A DNA stretch of 64,000 nucleotides from Sphyrna mokarran. Its lineage: Eukaryota. Where the stretch lies: NCBI GenBank assembly GCA_024679065.1, contig JAGIQG010000004.1:50220001-50284000 (forward strand), given 5' to 3'. The notes beneath the pieces are model-generated. The model did not search any database, was not told the origin of the DNA, and worked only from the letters and a program-made list of their open reading frames with translations. Positions 36,791 through 50,400 of the stretch are shown one piece after another (the stretch's first letter is position 1; every line of letters starts with the position of its first letter). The position numbers were made by a program, and so were the translations under genes.

Positions 36791-37056
36791 ATTTAGGACC
36801 AAGATGAGGAAACATTTCTTCACCCATAGGGTAGTGAGCCTATAGAATTCTCTACCACAGGAGGTTGTGGCGACAAAGTCACTCAATATATTCAAGAGAG
36901 ATGGAAATTCTTTAGATTTTAATGAGATCAAGGGTTATGGGGACAAAGCAGGAACCTGACATTGAGATAGAGAAGCAGCCATGATCATACTGACTGATGA
37001 AGCAGGCTCAACAGGTCAAATAGCCTATTCCTGCTCCTAGTTTCTATGTTTCTTAT
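36790..37056 (+). mobile_element. CR1-like LINE 3' end
   Basis: atttcttcacccatagggtagtg..aattctctacc signature ending in a tatgtttctta tail. Confidence 0.75.
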
Positions 37057-38829
37057 AAACAGCATAAGCAAGACATCTCATTATAAAACGTGTCAGAGCA
37101 TTGTCATCATTGTCTTGACTAGGAAAATACACCATGCTGCATTAAATGGTGGCTTATCGCCAGTTAGAAAAAGAGGGGAAATTTTAGCAAGAGCTGCTAC
37201 CCTTCCTATTCAGTCCTGCTATATGACTAAGTTTTATCAAGTACATCAGTTTTCAGAACAATGTGCTTGGTGATAGCTTGCAAGACAAGGGCTTCCTTGA
37301 TGAGATCCAAGCCATGTAAGCAAGCTAACTCACCAGCATTGAGATTCCTCAGAGCAAAGCTGTCTATATACTTTCTTTCCAAGGTACTCAGACATGTGTT
37401 TCAACATCAACACCTCTCCACCTTGTCCAGGGCTTCTTCTTTACCTTCTAAGCTTACAAATGAACAAAGTACCTTCCAAGCTCATGACCACTACCATCTA
37501 GAAAGACAAGATCAGCAGACACGCAGAAACACCACCACTTGGAAATTCATCTCCAAACCACTCACCATCCTGACTCAGAAATATATTGCCATTCTTTCAC
37601 TGGCTGTGTCAAAATTCCAGAAGTTCCTTCCTAATAGCACTGTGGTGGTATTTACACCATATGGACTGCAATAGCTCAAGAAATCAACTTACTGCCACCT
37701 TCTCAATGACAACTGGAATGGAGAATAAATGATAGCCTGGGTAACAATGCCCACCATCATATAAAACATGACATTCACAGAAAAAGCATCCAAGAGTTAA
37801 GTATTAAAAACAAATCTCTCTGTAGAAGTCAACAAGGGATAAAGATATAACTGTCACATCAGGTAAAGTTTGTACTTTATAATAATGGGGATTGTAGTGG
37901 GAGATTCTTTAGATGGTGGCCTAACTTCTTAAAAACTTAAAATCACAAACTCACAAAGGCAAGATCTCTGCTCAAAGATGTAAATAACGTTTATTTTAAA
38001 AACATACGAGACAAACAAAACAGTAACCAAGGCCATCGGGAGGCCTTTGGATGTTGAATAGCTCTGGGTCAGTGCTACAAGACCTCTCCAAAGATCTAAG
38101 GCGCTGAGCCAATATATAGTATGATTATAGTTTCTGTTATCGAAGATACTCCTTCCAATTAGCTTAGGTTCAATTTCATTCCAGGTCAACATGTCAGTCC
38201 AGAACATGATAGATTTCCTCAGCCGATTGTGATATGCTTACTTGTCATAATGATATTCCATTTGTCCATCTAATACCAGATTTCTTCCCTTTGGCAAAAC
38301 TCACTTCCTGGTTGCTAAATTGCTAAGAATGCCTTTACTATAATTCCTTTCTCACAGGCATATTACCAAATCAATCAGATAGAACCTTCCTTGGGCCCTC
38401 AACAATACATGCCTTCATTTAATACATCAGATTTCAAACGTTGTGCCAACATTTTGATATTATAATGTTTATTCTGCTGATCTTTGGATTTTATTATTGA
38501 ACTCTATCATTATTTCTGCAGCATTTGCATTTTTGACTGAGGCGAACAAATTCATTTACATACACATCTTTATTAAAATACATTTAATATGCTAAAATAC
38601 AGAATCACTTAATATTTCAATATATAGATACTTTAAAAATCATCTCATTTATTTTAATTCCATTATTGCATTCATATATGAGCAAAACGTTAACATTGTC
38701 TTATTGAGTATAATCATGTTAACCCTTTCCTACGAAACTGTCACTAAAATTAACAATCTGCCTGTGGATCTGCTATAAAAAAACATCCTTTCATGTTGAA
38801 CACGAAGTTTGGGAAGTTGCATGATTTTT

Positions 38830-41800
38830 CATATTTGATTTCTTTGCTCCTCGAAATGTAAATTTTGTTTGTTTTTTTTTTGCCAGTCCTGGATTAGAAC
38901 AGCCCTTTCCGGTAATAAAAAGTTAGCCAGTCTTAGCACAGAAACTGCTTCTTGCGGCGCACTTTTTTCCTGTAGACCTTTTTGCCAGTCAGTTTTTGCC
39001 TTCCGACTATACGGCAATATGCACAACATTCATTTAATTCGAGGCACCGAAAGCAAAATCGATAACGGCAATTGGGACACTACATCTGGACAGCCTCTGG
39101 TGCAACGCTGTGTTAAAGCCTCACAGTTAGCGCAGGCTCGTATTTCAGGACATCCATATACTGGACTTGTCTGGTCTTTGATTGTACCACAGCTCTGAAG
39201 TAGAGCTGTCAGACTGCATGCAGCATTCGTTACCGCAGTTATCGCTCTGCACATCAGTATCTTCCACTCCCTCACACACTCCCAGCAGAACTGAAAGATT
39301 TTCTTTGATTTCTCTAAGCAGGACAGACACTGAACACACTGCTTCTCGGCATCTATTCTCTGTACACAGACACTGCAGACTAGACACTGAGGGAGAAAAT
39401 GAGACAAGGTGTCAGTAACATAAATATTTGTATTTATATTCAGAATGTGAATTATGGGAACATCAATTTAGGACAGAAAAATAGGAAATACATTTTAGTT
39501 TGATATCGCCTGTTGCACTGCACAGAATAATCGAACTGACTCCGTCATGATTTTGGCAAGTTTGATTACAAATATTGCTGCCATTGTGTTAATTATTAAT
39601 AAGAACATCAGGAGTAGGCCATTCAGCCCTTCAAACTTGTTCCATCATTGTATTAGATGACAGCTGATCTGAAACTAACCCCATTTATCCACTATATTTT
39701 TAGATAGATATGCTTACTAACAGAAATTTACCAATCACATTCTTGAATGCTCCGTTAGTTGGAGCATCAACTCCCTTTGAAAGATATTCCAATTAACACA
39801 GTGGGACATTTTTAACTGCTTCCAGCTAAGTGTGTCATTTGATGCCTTCCTTTGAACATTAATCTATTTTCTTTATCATAAATCACGTGACCAAACCTGA
39901 TCATAATTTGAACCTATTTTCCTCTTTTATATCAGCATAACTTACCTGAATCTTTCAGAGATTCTTTCCACATTTAAACATATCGTCACATTGGTAACTG
40001 CTACCAGACATTGTGTACATGCAGTTATTTGCTGACTTTGTGCCAATTATCCAATGTTGGACTTATCCATCTCATTTCTTCTAAGTGTATTTATACATTC
40101 AGGGAAGTTAAAATGCATGGGAGTACATGTTTATACAAAGGATAGAAGACAAGGGATAGAACATTTCTGGAAATAGGTCACAAGTGTGACATTACAAGTT
40201 ATTTATCATTTTATTAAGTACCAATCCCTTTTGTTTCTTATTAATAGCTGCAAATAGCTAGAAGATGTTTATTCAGTATGTTCAAACCTTTTTATTCAGT
40301 TAGCATTGTTACTATTGAATGTTAGATAGGATCCTTCCCAGTTTCCATTGAGGCTGGAACTAAAACATAAATCAGAGTATCTGCGCAGAAAGTCAGAATA
40401 ATGCCATTTTGTTTTGATAATTTCCCATTTTAGTCTCTGCCCCAGCCTCACACAACACGTTAACAACTAACTGTACCAGCACTATCGTACATCTCAATAT
40501 AGCTCAGTCTCTTACATCAATCACCAGTCTTCCATTTGGATCTTGTTAATCCTGGACACTTTCTTCAGTTCTCTTCCCTCCTGAATTTTCCTGTCTCTGC
40601 ATTTCTCCATTAACTTCTTCTCATTTATAACAAAAACAAAATCTCAGCAGGTCTGGCAACATCTGTGGACAGAGGATATTTTGATTCAACATAACTCTTC
40701 TTCATGGCTAAAGAGAGGGTGAAATGTGTTGCATTCAAATTTTTACAAGTTAGTTTCATCCTGTAATTTGATTTATAGAGTTGTTGAGTCATAGAGATTT
40801 ACAGCATGGAAACAGGCCCTTCGGCCCAACTTGTCAATGCTGCCCCTTTTTTAACCCCTAAGCTAGTCACATTTGCCACGTTTTGGCCTATATTCCTCTA
40901 TACCCAAGTTACCCATGTAACTGTCTAAATGCTTTTTGAAAGACAAAATTGTACCTGCCTCTATTACTATCTCTAGCAGCTTGTTCCAGACACTCACTAT
41001 CTTCTGTGTGAAAAAATTGCCCCTCTGGACCCTTTTGATTCTCTCCCTTCTCACCTTAAATCCATGCCCTTTTGGTTTAGACTCCCCTACTTTTGAGAAA
41101 AGATATTGATTATCTAGCTCATCTATGCCTCCTCATTATTTTATAGACCTCTATAAGATCACCGCTAAGTCTCCTGCATACCAGAGAAAAAAGTCCCAGT
41201 CTAGGCAGCATCTCCTTATAACTCAAACCACCATGTCCCAGTAGCATCCTAGTAAATCTTTTCTGCACTCTTTCTAGTTTAATAATATAATTTTTATAAT
41301 AGGGTGACTAAAATTGTACACTGTATTCCAGGAGTGGCCTTATCAATGTTTTGTGCATCAACAAGATATCCCTACTCCTGTATTCAATGTTCTATCCAAT
41401 GAGACCAAGCATGCTGAATGCATTCTTCACCACTTTGTCCACCTGTGCCTCCACGTTCAAGGAGCTTTAAACACATACCTCTAGATTTCTTTGTTCTGTA
41501 ACTCTCCCCGGTGCCCTACCATTAACTGAGTAAGATCTGCCCTAGTTCAATTGGCCAAAATGCATCACCTCGCATTTGCCCAAATCAAATTTCATTGAAA
41601 CCATTTGAAACTCCATTTGAAACCAGCAAAGGTTTGGAGAACAACCCCACTCCCATTTAAGCTGCAGTATTGATGCTAATTGGGAAATCCATAAACAGGT
41701 AAGGAAATAACTAATAAGGAATTAATTAGAGGCAGTGTGGTGATCTTTCACCATCAATAGTTATTGTCACAATTTGCTTTGGATATTTTCTTGGTTGCCA

Positions 41801-44098
41801 TGGTGCTAATCATTTTTGTGAAAGGCCTGAACAACTTGCATTCAGAAGTTGGCTGTGTTATGCGATGTTCGATTAAATGACAGCATAATCTGAGTTGGGG
41901 ATAAAGACCGTGTTTGATTTGAATTTTGTGTGTTTTACACATAGCCCTATCTAACTTTCACCGATGCTTGAACTTCAACAAAACAACACAAAGAAAATAC
42001 AAAATCATTAAACAGTTTCATTTTAGAGACAGGAAGTGAAGCTACTAAGGACCAAAGGTTCTCTAATACCTACTTGATTCATCAGTAACGAGATATGGGG
42101 GATTTATAACTATCCTCATTTAATGAACTTCATTAACTCTTTATGATGGCTCAATCTAATTTGGGCCAATTGTTAAATTCTTCAAATTTTATTCATTGCA
42201 ACATGTCTTTTGTCCTTATCTTCATTAAAGTGATTGGTCAATGAGAGTGGACGGTCTATCAGTGATGTCCCAGAAATCAAGGCCAGTTTCCTCTCGATGT
42301 GTGCAGTTTAAGAGAAACATGAGTAAAATCCACCCTAATTATAGATCCAGGAAGGGAAAACTGACCTGTTGGTCCCAGCGTGAACTATGCTGTGGACCCC
42401 AATTTCCCACAAACTGCCTCATTTAGTTTTAAAAAAGATGAAACGACAGAGTTATTCTCCGGCCAGGATGGTCTAAAAGCCGGAAATTCCCGCCCGACTG
42501 TCAATGGGATGTCAGACTGTCCGCTAAAATTCCAGCGACGGGCGGGAAGGGAGAATTCTGGTTACAGAGACAGCTCAATCCTAAATCATTTATATATTAA
42601 AAAAATCCTAAATAACACAAGTTACCTTTCGGTACAATGACTCCTTTTGCGCCGTTATTGTACTGAGCTGCTTCTTATACAGACTGTGTTCCTCCGGTGT
42701 CAACTGTGCAAGGTGCAGTACCTCCTGTCTGGGCCATTCCTTCACACACACGGGGCAGTTAAACGTGAAACGACCCTATAGAGAATCAACTGCTATTTAA
42801 AGATGCTGCCTTCAATCATCCTGAGCATGATCCGGTATCCAGTCAAAAACACAAACTCTTGTAACAAGGAATTAAACTGCAACAGATGTGCACAGGGTAA
42901 GTGAATGAATTCAGAGTCCCAATGGGAATGTAAAAATGAGTTACCAGTTGCAATAAATCGAAGGGAACTATTTAGACAATTTAGATATAGAATATGTATC
43001 AATAGCCTTTGATATTTTTCTTAGTACTTAGATGATTTTCCTGCGAATATAGGATGGCAAACCTCGCTGGGGCAATGATTTTTAAAGATAATTCTGCAGC
43101 AACAATGTAATAGTTGAGAGGAATGTAAAAGTATATCGGGTGCAAAAAGCTCAGCAAAGCAGCATCCAGGGACCATAGAAGCTGAGAATATATCCTATAC
43201 GGAAACAGATTGTATTTGGAAAGTACCTGCTCAAACTTGTTTATTGTGTAGGTATGCTCAGGAGCTTGGTAATGCACTATGGGGTAGTTTTTTTTGTTTA
43301 TATCCAATTCAATCCAATCAAAATCCAATTCAAAGTCTCAGCAAGTGACAAATTCCAGATCCAAGCTGGCAAGAAAGACTCATCACTTTCTGTCTTGGGC
43401 TTGATCTACATGATCCAAGCTGATTGGAGTAGGCATTGCACCTCCTCCCAGGCTTGATCTCATTTGCACCTTAGGCCTAGATGCTGTTTTAAAAAAATTG
43501 CTTCAAATGAAACCTTAGTGTTACCCCTTCACTTCAACCAAATGCAGGATACCAAAACTACACTTGATCTTAGCCAAAAGGCTGAGCTCTGATTATAATT
43601 ACCCTGCAGCTGATTAGCAACCCAGTATGAAGTTCTAGGTAATCTTAAACTCTTGTTAAATCTTCTCAGAGAACATTTTATGGAAATCCCAGTGATCCTT
43701 ATGGAATACTGATCTGTGAAAATAATGGACTGAATGTTTGATTTGATTTATTAATGTTGCATGTACTAGTATTGTTTTCACAATACTTGGAGTACTTCAC
43801 AATTGCACTCAATACTTGGCTCCTTCACAATCTACTTGCCTCTGATCTCTCCCATATTTTGATTAATCCACAACCATAAAGAGACTGATTATGAAGTGGA
43901 GAAAAGGTCAGTGGTAAATTAGGGCAGAACAGTTGTTTCCAGTTCTATAATTCACTCCCTCCATTGTCATAGACTAACCTTGGAGCTTATGCTCAACACT
44001 GGGAAATATTTCTGTCTTGTTGTGAACTTACCTCATCTTATATCATTCCCTCAGACAATTGGAATTTACCAGATAGTCACAGGATGCTTTATATCATC
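38830..44098 (-). pseudogene. RBR-type (IBR/RING2) E3 ubiquitin ligase-like gene, copy A, disrupted
   Basis: Intact 150-nt exon 42626-42775 (GRFTFNCPVCVKEWPRQEVLHLAQLTPEEHSLYKKQL...YRK). The last exon starts at 39386 and has -1, +4 and -2 indels relative to copy B. A degraded small exon lies at ~44032-44098. Confidence 0.8.
40780..41600 (-). mobile_element. CR1-like LINE 3' fragment
   Basis: RGNFFTQKIVSVWNKL..SFKKHLDSYM and a 3' UTR hairpin ggcccttcggccc. Confidence 0.85.
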
Positions 44099-45340
44099 CT
44101 ACAAACAAGAACTAGCCTAGATTGAAACTAGTCATTTTCAATTGATTAAACTCATTGACCTTTTGGACTGAATGGCCTATTTCTGGGCTGTAAATACTTT
44201 GTAATTTGCACTCATGAATCAAAGTTCAGTGTTAATTGACAAGACTGGTAGGTCATACGTGGGAGTGGCATTGGAATCAAAAGGAGATAATCAGAATTTA
44301 CAAACTGAATTTGAGAATCAGTGTGTGAATATACAAATCAGAAAGTGCTCAATGCAGACAAATATAAATTGGGGAAAATGGATGTTAGATATACAGAAAG
44401 ATTTTGGTTTTGAAATTGCAATATGCGAAGTTGAGGGAAACACAGGAAATCTTAATAAACCTAATGTTAAATATGTCCTAAAAAATGAAAAGCAGAGGGC
44501 AATAAAGACAAAGGAAGCTAAACCACAAAACAGGGATTCCCAAGTTGTGGGTCATGAATCCCAGTGGGATGACAAGATGAACAATTGGGATCATGAGCTC
44601 TAGGACATCAATGACGGCAGTGGAACCAAGTCACCGATATGGACAAGCCTGAGACTAGTAGTGAGGTTGCTGTAAATGTGGAAGATAAGTTTGACTGTGA
44701 GCAAGGCCCTAACCACTGACACCAATAGATCTTGTGAAGTGGTCAGTGTCTTTGGTTATCTTTGGAGTCTGTATCCCTGCTGTTTGAACCCCTATCCTGC
44801 ACCTCCCACTCACATATCACTCTGGGTTCATACCCAATGTGAAGCATTAGAATAGAATCAGGCAGAAAAATGTTTTAGAAATGGATGGGTCTGCGTCAAA
44901 TGATATAATTTAATTGCATCTTTACAGTTGTCAAAACAAGGAAGACATTCAGGGACTGGAACACAGAAAAGGCCATGAAGCTGATCCTCAGTGTCAGAGT
45001 TATCACAACAACCTCTGGAATAGGGATTTCCATTCCCAAAGAGAAACTGGCAGACAAAATATTTCATCAATTAAAAGGACAGATTTGCAATGTTACTTTC
45101 AAATAAATTGAGGATGGGATGAGAGAGCGATAGAGAGTGGAGGCAGATGATGAGGCTGTACCCAGAGTCAATGATTCCATTAATGGAAATTATGCTGTAA
45201 AATTGCAGAATTAAAAATCCTTCCACTGGGTTCCCTGTAACTGCAGCATTGTATCCCCTACAATAACTAAAACTGAGCTGTCTGGCTACACATACTGGGA
45301 AGTACAGATCACGCACCCTGTCACCATTATCTAAAATATG

Positions 45341-45622
45341 TGGGTGGCGTGGTGACACAGTGGTTAGCAACTGCTGCTTCACAGCTCCAGGGACCTTGAT
45401 TCCCGGCTTGGGTCACTGTCTGTGTGGAGTTTGCACGTTCTCCTCTTGTCTGTGTGGGTTCTCTCGTTTCCTCACACAGTCTGAAGATATGCAGATTAGG
45501 TGCATTGGCTATGCTAAATTGCTCCTTAGTGTCCCAAAATGCATAGGTTAGAGAGATTATCAGAGTAAATATGTGGGTTTACAGGGATAGAGTCTGGGTG
45601 GGATTGGTGTCAATGCAGACTC
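45341..45622 (+). mobile_element. HE1-like V-SINE (unit A only)
   Basis: Head and V domain. Confidence 0.85.
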
Positions 45623-46081
45623 ATACTTGTTAGGAGAGAGACAATGATCGTTGTTGTCGCTGCCTAACTGTTATAATTGTGGGTTTAATTTCCTCTACAG
45701 GTGTGTGGGAGAGGGGGGAGGAGGTGTTGGTGAGTGAGTTGTCTTAGGTTTTTTGCTGTTGGAAACTGTTCTGTTGTTGCCTGTTCTCCTGGATGGGGCT
45801 TCAGTACCTAACATCCAAAACTTAAACTGGTGATGGTTGTAAGAAATCAAACGCAAATGCAGGTGGTGTGGAACACTGAGGATAGTACAGAAGTAGGCCA
45901 TATAGAAAACTGTGTATATGAGAGATTGTGGGCCCAATTTTACCATGGCATTATGCCTTTTTTTGGGCTCAAACTTGGTAAAATCGGGTGCGAGGTGAAT
46001 AGTACGATCCGTATCTGAGCCGATTCCTTTTTTACCAAGGCCCGAAAATGGCTGCTTTCAGGATTGTGCTAGAAACGAGTG

Positions 46082-46500
46082 TAGAACATAGAACATTACA
46101 GCACAGAACAGGCCCTTCGGCCTTCGATGTTGCGCTGACCAATATAAAAAGCAATGACCCTCCAAACTAAACCATTCCCTTCTCTTCCATATACTTATCA
46201 ACTAACCTCTTAAACGCCACAAACTTGGCGCATCTACAACAGCTGCAGGCAGGGCATTCCACTCCCTAATCACTCTTTGAGTAAAGAACCTACCTCTGAT
46301 ATCCGTCCTATAACTCATACCCCTTAATTTAAAGCTGTGTCCCCTCGTGCTAGCTTTCTCCATCCTAGGCAAAAGGCTATCACTTTCCACCCTATCTAAA
46401 CCTCTAATCATCTTATATGTTTCGATAAGGTCCCCTCTTAGCCGCCTCCTTTCTAACAAAAACAACCTCAAATCCCTCAGCCTCTCTTCATAAGATCTGT
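46082..46500 (-). mobile_element. Young CR1-like LINE, heavily 5'-truncated
   Basis: SYEERLRDLRLFLLERRRLRGDLIETYKMIRGLD; (tatgttc)n tail; closely similar to 55756-56180 and 63103-63520. Confidence 0.92.
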
Positions 46501-48001
46501 GACGGCCATTTATATGTATTTGCATGCATTTAAGTTGAATTAATGGGCTGGATGGCCTGCACGCTGAGGGCTCTGGCTGGCTTCCAGGTATCTGGGACAT
46601 ATCCGTGACATCCTCTTCATCCCACTGTCCCCGATATGCCCTCTTGTCAGGAAATGGAGGAGTCAGAAGGTGTAGCCACACCCACAGTCTCCTGGATGAA
46701 AAGACCTGGCGTGGGCTCGAGCCCATTTCCTCCCTTGGAGTTCCTGTTGGCCCCTGAGGCACTACGTGGGATGGTGGTGCATCTGCAGTGAGCTCCAGCA
46801 TCACCTGTATTGCCAGTCCTGGAGGATCACTTACAGCCTACCCATGTGGTTGAGCCCTCTGCGATGGCCACTTGAGTCAGGGAGACACCTATCAATGGCC
46901 ACACAAGTGCCCTCTGAGACTTGGCCACACTCTGCAACCCGTCAGCCATGACCCTCTGCGACTAGGCTCCATTCTCAAGTGCTGCTGCTGCAGCTCGCTA
47001 TGTCTCAAGACTGTCCCACTGGCTCTCCTGCAAGTTCAGCAGCCCCTCAGCTATGGCCCCCTGTGAATGGGCCACATTCACAAGAGCTGCAGACAAAGCC
47101 TGCTGCAAGCTCTCGAGCCTCTCGCCCATGGGCCGCAGAATCTCGAGAAGCCTGTTCAGTCCCCTCAGCTGTGGCCTGCTTACAGACGTTGCCAGACCTG
47201 CTGAGATTTTCCAGCATTTTCTTTTCTGGTTTCTTTAAATCTTGCCTCTCACACTCAAAACCCATGCCCCCTAGAAGTTACCTCAAATTGAGTGGAGGGT
47301 CAACAGATGCTCATTTCTTGATTCTAGCTTGAACATGCTATCCACTAACAGCCTGCATCTCCCATCCCCTGAATGCTCTTCAAAGGAAGTGAAGACCCAG
47401 AAGTCTGGCTCACCATCGCATCTTCGCCCTCTCTCTAGCATTATGGTCGGTCTTGTCCTGAGGAGACAGAAGGAGCCATGAAAAAAATGATGCCGTTACT
47501 CCTGCAGAGTATCAGGTAGTGGCCCTTAGAGGGAAGCATAGTGTGGGGCTTTTGGGGGATAGAAAGGAGGTGCTTGGGGGTCAGGGGCTCGAAGCATGAA
47601 GGTACTGGGGATGGGAGAATCTGGAGGCGATTTGGAGGAAGATGCAAGGTGGGGTTAAGCACTCACCTTTGCTGCCCGGATAAGAGTATTGATCTTCTTG
47701 TGACATTGCTTCTCTGTTCTGTGGGTCAGTGCCACAGCACTGACCGAGGTGACATCTGCCTCCTAGACTACATTGCTATCAGAACCCCTGGGTCTGCATC
47801 CTCTTGGGGGAAGAGATAATCCCGCCTTGCCTCCGCCATATCTAGCAGCCTCCAGAGGTTGCCCTTGGTAAATCAGGGGGCTGGTCATATGCCCATCTTT
47901 TTCCTGCACTGACTGCCTGCCCATCCTTGGGGTTTTTATGGAGCTGCCCCTCATTAGGGCAGATCAGCTACAGGCAGGTTGGCAGAGCAATACAAGAAGT
48001 T

Positions 48002-48290
48002 ATGGCATGGTGGCACAGTGGTTAGCATTGCTGCCTCACAGTACCAGGGACCTGGGTTCGATTCTCAGTATGGGTCACTGTCAGTGTGGAGTTTGTACGT
48101 TCTCCCTGTGTCTGCTTGGGTTTCCTCCAGGTGCTCCGGTTTCCTCGCACCATCCGAAGATATGCAGGTTAGGTGCATTGCCCATGCTAAATTTTCTCTC
48201 TGTACCCAAACAGGCATCGGAGGGTGGCAACTAGGAGATTTTCACAGTGACTTCATCACAGTGTGAATATAAGCCTCCTTGTGACTACAT
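48002..48290 (+). mobile_element. V-SINE with alternative 3' tail
   Basis: HE1-like head and core; tail ..ttttcacagtgacttcat..aagcct..cttgtgac shared with 62029-62320. Confidence 0.8.
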
Positions 48291-48530
48291 GTAAAGTTAA
48301 GTTTATTTATTAATTTGCTTGTCAGCATTGAAGTGAGGGCAAGTGAGCACATGCAGGTTTGCTGATAGGGCTGGGGATCAGTGCCTCTGTGGTTGGGAAT
48401 GGGGAGAGAGAGGGAAGTGTCATACAGCTATTGGAGTCAGGAGGGGATGGGTGCCTTTTGCAGGAGGGTCCATAGTGTTGATGGGGGAGGGGGGAATCAT
48501 TCTGACTGATATCAAGAGGGAGGGGATATC

Positions 48531-48735
48531 TCTATCTGAGATCAGTGATGGGGGGAAGGGGGAGAGGTTCCACTGCCACTCTGCCTGAGATTAGTGAGTG
48601 AGGTGAAGGGGAGATCCACTGCCACTCTGCCTGAGTCAGTGGAGGGGAAAGGAGAAGGTGGATCACTCTACCTGAGATCAGTGAGGGTGAAAGGGTCCGC
48701 TGCCACTCTGCCTGAGATTGGTGAGGGGAAGGTGG
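48531..48735 (+). repeat. Degenerate ~45-55-bp tandem repeat (ctgagatcagtgagggg..ccactgccactctgc)
   Basis: About five imperfect units inside the Harbinger-like element. Confidence 0.7.
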
Positions 48736-49309
48736 GGAGGGACCCACAATCGATCAGGGTAGCAGAGGGTGTGGGGAGTGGGGAATAAGGGGGTCAGTAA
48801 TGTCATTGGAGTGGAGTAATGTTTGTGAGGGTCAGAGGGAGGCCTGTGAGGGATGTGGCAGGGGAGTAGAGCAATTGCACATGAGCAATTGGAGGCATCG
48901 ATCAGAGCAAAGTTTTGGGCATGTTAAGTTCCACCCACAGGCTTGTATGGCGCAATTTGGAATTGCTGATATTTCTGCAGGCAGAGTGTGTTTGGGGGTG
49001 CCTCAGAATGGGTCTAAAAGTCAGACCACTTTCAAGTCCACCCAGCACTTCAAATCCAAATGGTAAACTGGGAGGGAGGAGGGAGTGAGTGTATAAAAGC
49101 ACAGATACATCACATAAACCGATCAATACCATGCAAGTTCAATGATGCATTGTCTTACAATACATTCCTTTGAAAAATAAAAGTTCAGCATGATACAAAA
49201 TCCATGGCCCACCCAGTAAGTTAATGATAATATTAGATTAAAAGAAATCACTTATAATACTACAGAGAACAATCTATGGATTGGGAATGTTTTCAAAACC
49301 AAGAGAATG

Positions 49310-50400
49310 TTACCTGGTAGTTGTTAAAGAGGCATTAAATAGATTATGAGAATATGCTAACCTGAAATAAAAACAGATCTTGAGATCTTTTATATATAAA
49401 TATAAAGAGAAGAAAGTAGCTAAAGAAAATGCTTGTTCCTTAGAAGCTGAGACAGGAAATTATTACTGGGAATGAGGAAATGATAGAGATGTTGAAAAAA
49501 CATTGAGCCAGACTTTCCCGTCCTGCCTGCCATAGAAATCATAACAAACACGGGACAGATCATACAAAGATTTACCAGTCTGGGGGCGAGCAGGGCTAAA
49601 AACACAATGCTGGTGTGTCTATTTTCACAGTAGAATACAGGTTGCACATTAGAAATAGAATGTGACATAGAAGCTAAAGAGAATGAGGAAATTAAGATAA
49701 TTAATTAATTTTTCTCTGATAATTAATATCAGAGAAAATGTATTGGAGAATCCTAATTGAATGAAATCTAACAAATCCTCAGATTCAATGAGAAATAGCA
49801 AAGACATCCATTAATTCTGTACCTATTGTTTTTGAAAAATTCTATTGCATACTAGAAATAGTATTCCACTATGAAGATAAACACACCGGCAGTGTGTTTT
49901 TGGCCATGCAGACTCCCAGACTGGAAAATCCTGCCTGAGGTCAACAGATTTCGAAGTGGTCCTGCCAGATTAGAAGCTGGTCAACAAAACATTGCTTTTC
50001 AACAAGAGGAGAGAGAAAAACAGGAAACTCAGGCCATGTAGCCTGACATCTATCTTGGGAAAATGCTGGAAGCAATTATTAAGGCAGTCTTAACAATGTG
50101 CTTCAAAAAATACAGCATTCAAACAAATCAATGTAATTTTCTAAGATGGGAATCCTCTTGACAAATTTGCTGGTGTTTTTTGAAGATGAATAAAAAGGAA
50201 CCAATAGATGTAGTGTACCTAAATTTCCAGAAGGATCATTAGGTTCAAGGCACTTAAGGGGCAAGTTAAGAGCTCAGAGTTGTGGGTAATATAAAGGATC
50301 AGATAATGGACAATAAGCAGGGAGTAGGCATTAACAACACATTTTAATTTTGGCTTGTGAAGTGTTACAAGGATCAGTGCTGAGGCTTCAGCTATTTAGA
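49310..50400 (+). mobile_element. Old CR1-like LINE remnant (pre-duplication), unit A
   Basis: Decayed ORF2-like DNA, paralogous to 61650-62830. Confidence 0.6.

Larger units (their letters stand above)
45930..49072 (-). mobile_element. Decayed PIF/Harbinger-like DNA transposon with Myb/SANT-like gene remnant
   Basis: Minus-strand exon ~47667-47895 reads PAP*FTKGNLWRLLDMAEARRDYLFP..*EADVTSVSAVALTHRTEKQCHKKINTLIRAAK|gtgagt. The next exon begins DKTDHNARERAK (~47458). Imperfect TIR cccaattttaccat / atggtaaactggg. Confidence 0.7.

Noticed and set aside
44214-44603. 129-aa + strand ORF
   Set aside because: No recognisable domain, and the paralogous sequence at 58207-58585 has indels that break the frame.
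46202-46804. 200-aa ORF as a novel fusion protein
   Set aside because: Chance read-through from Harbinger-like DNA into the 5'-truncated CR1 fragment.
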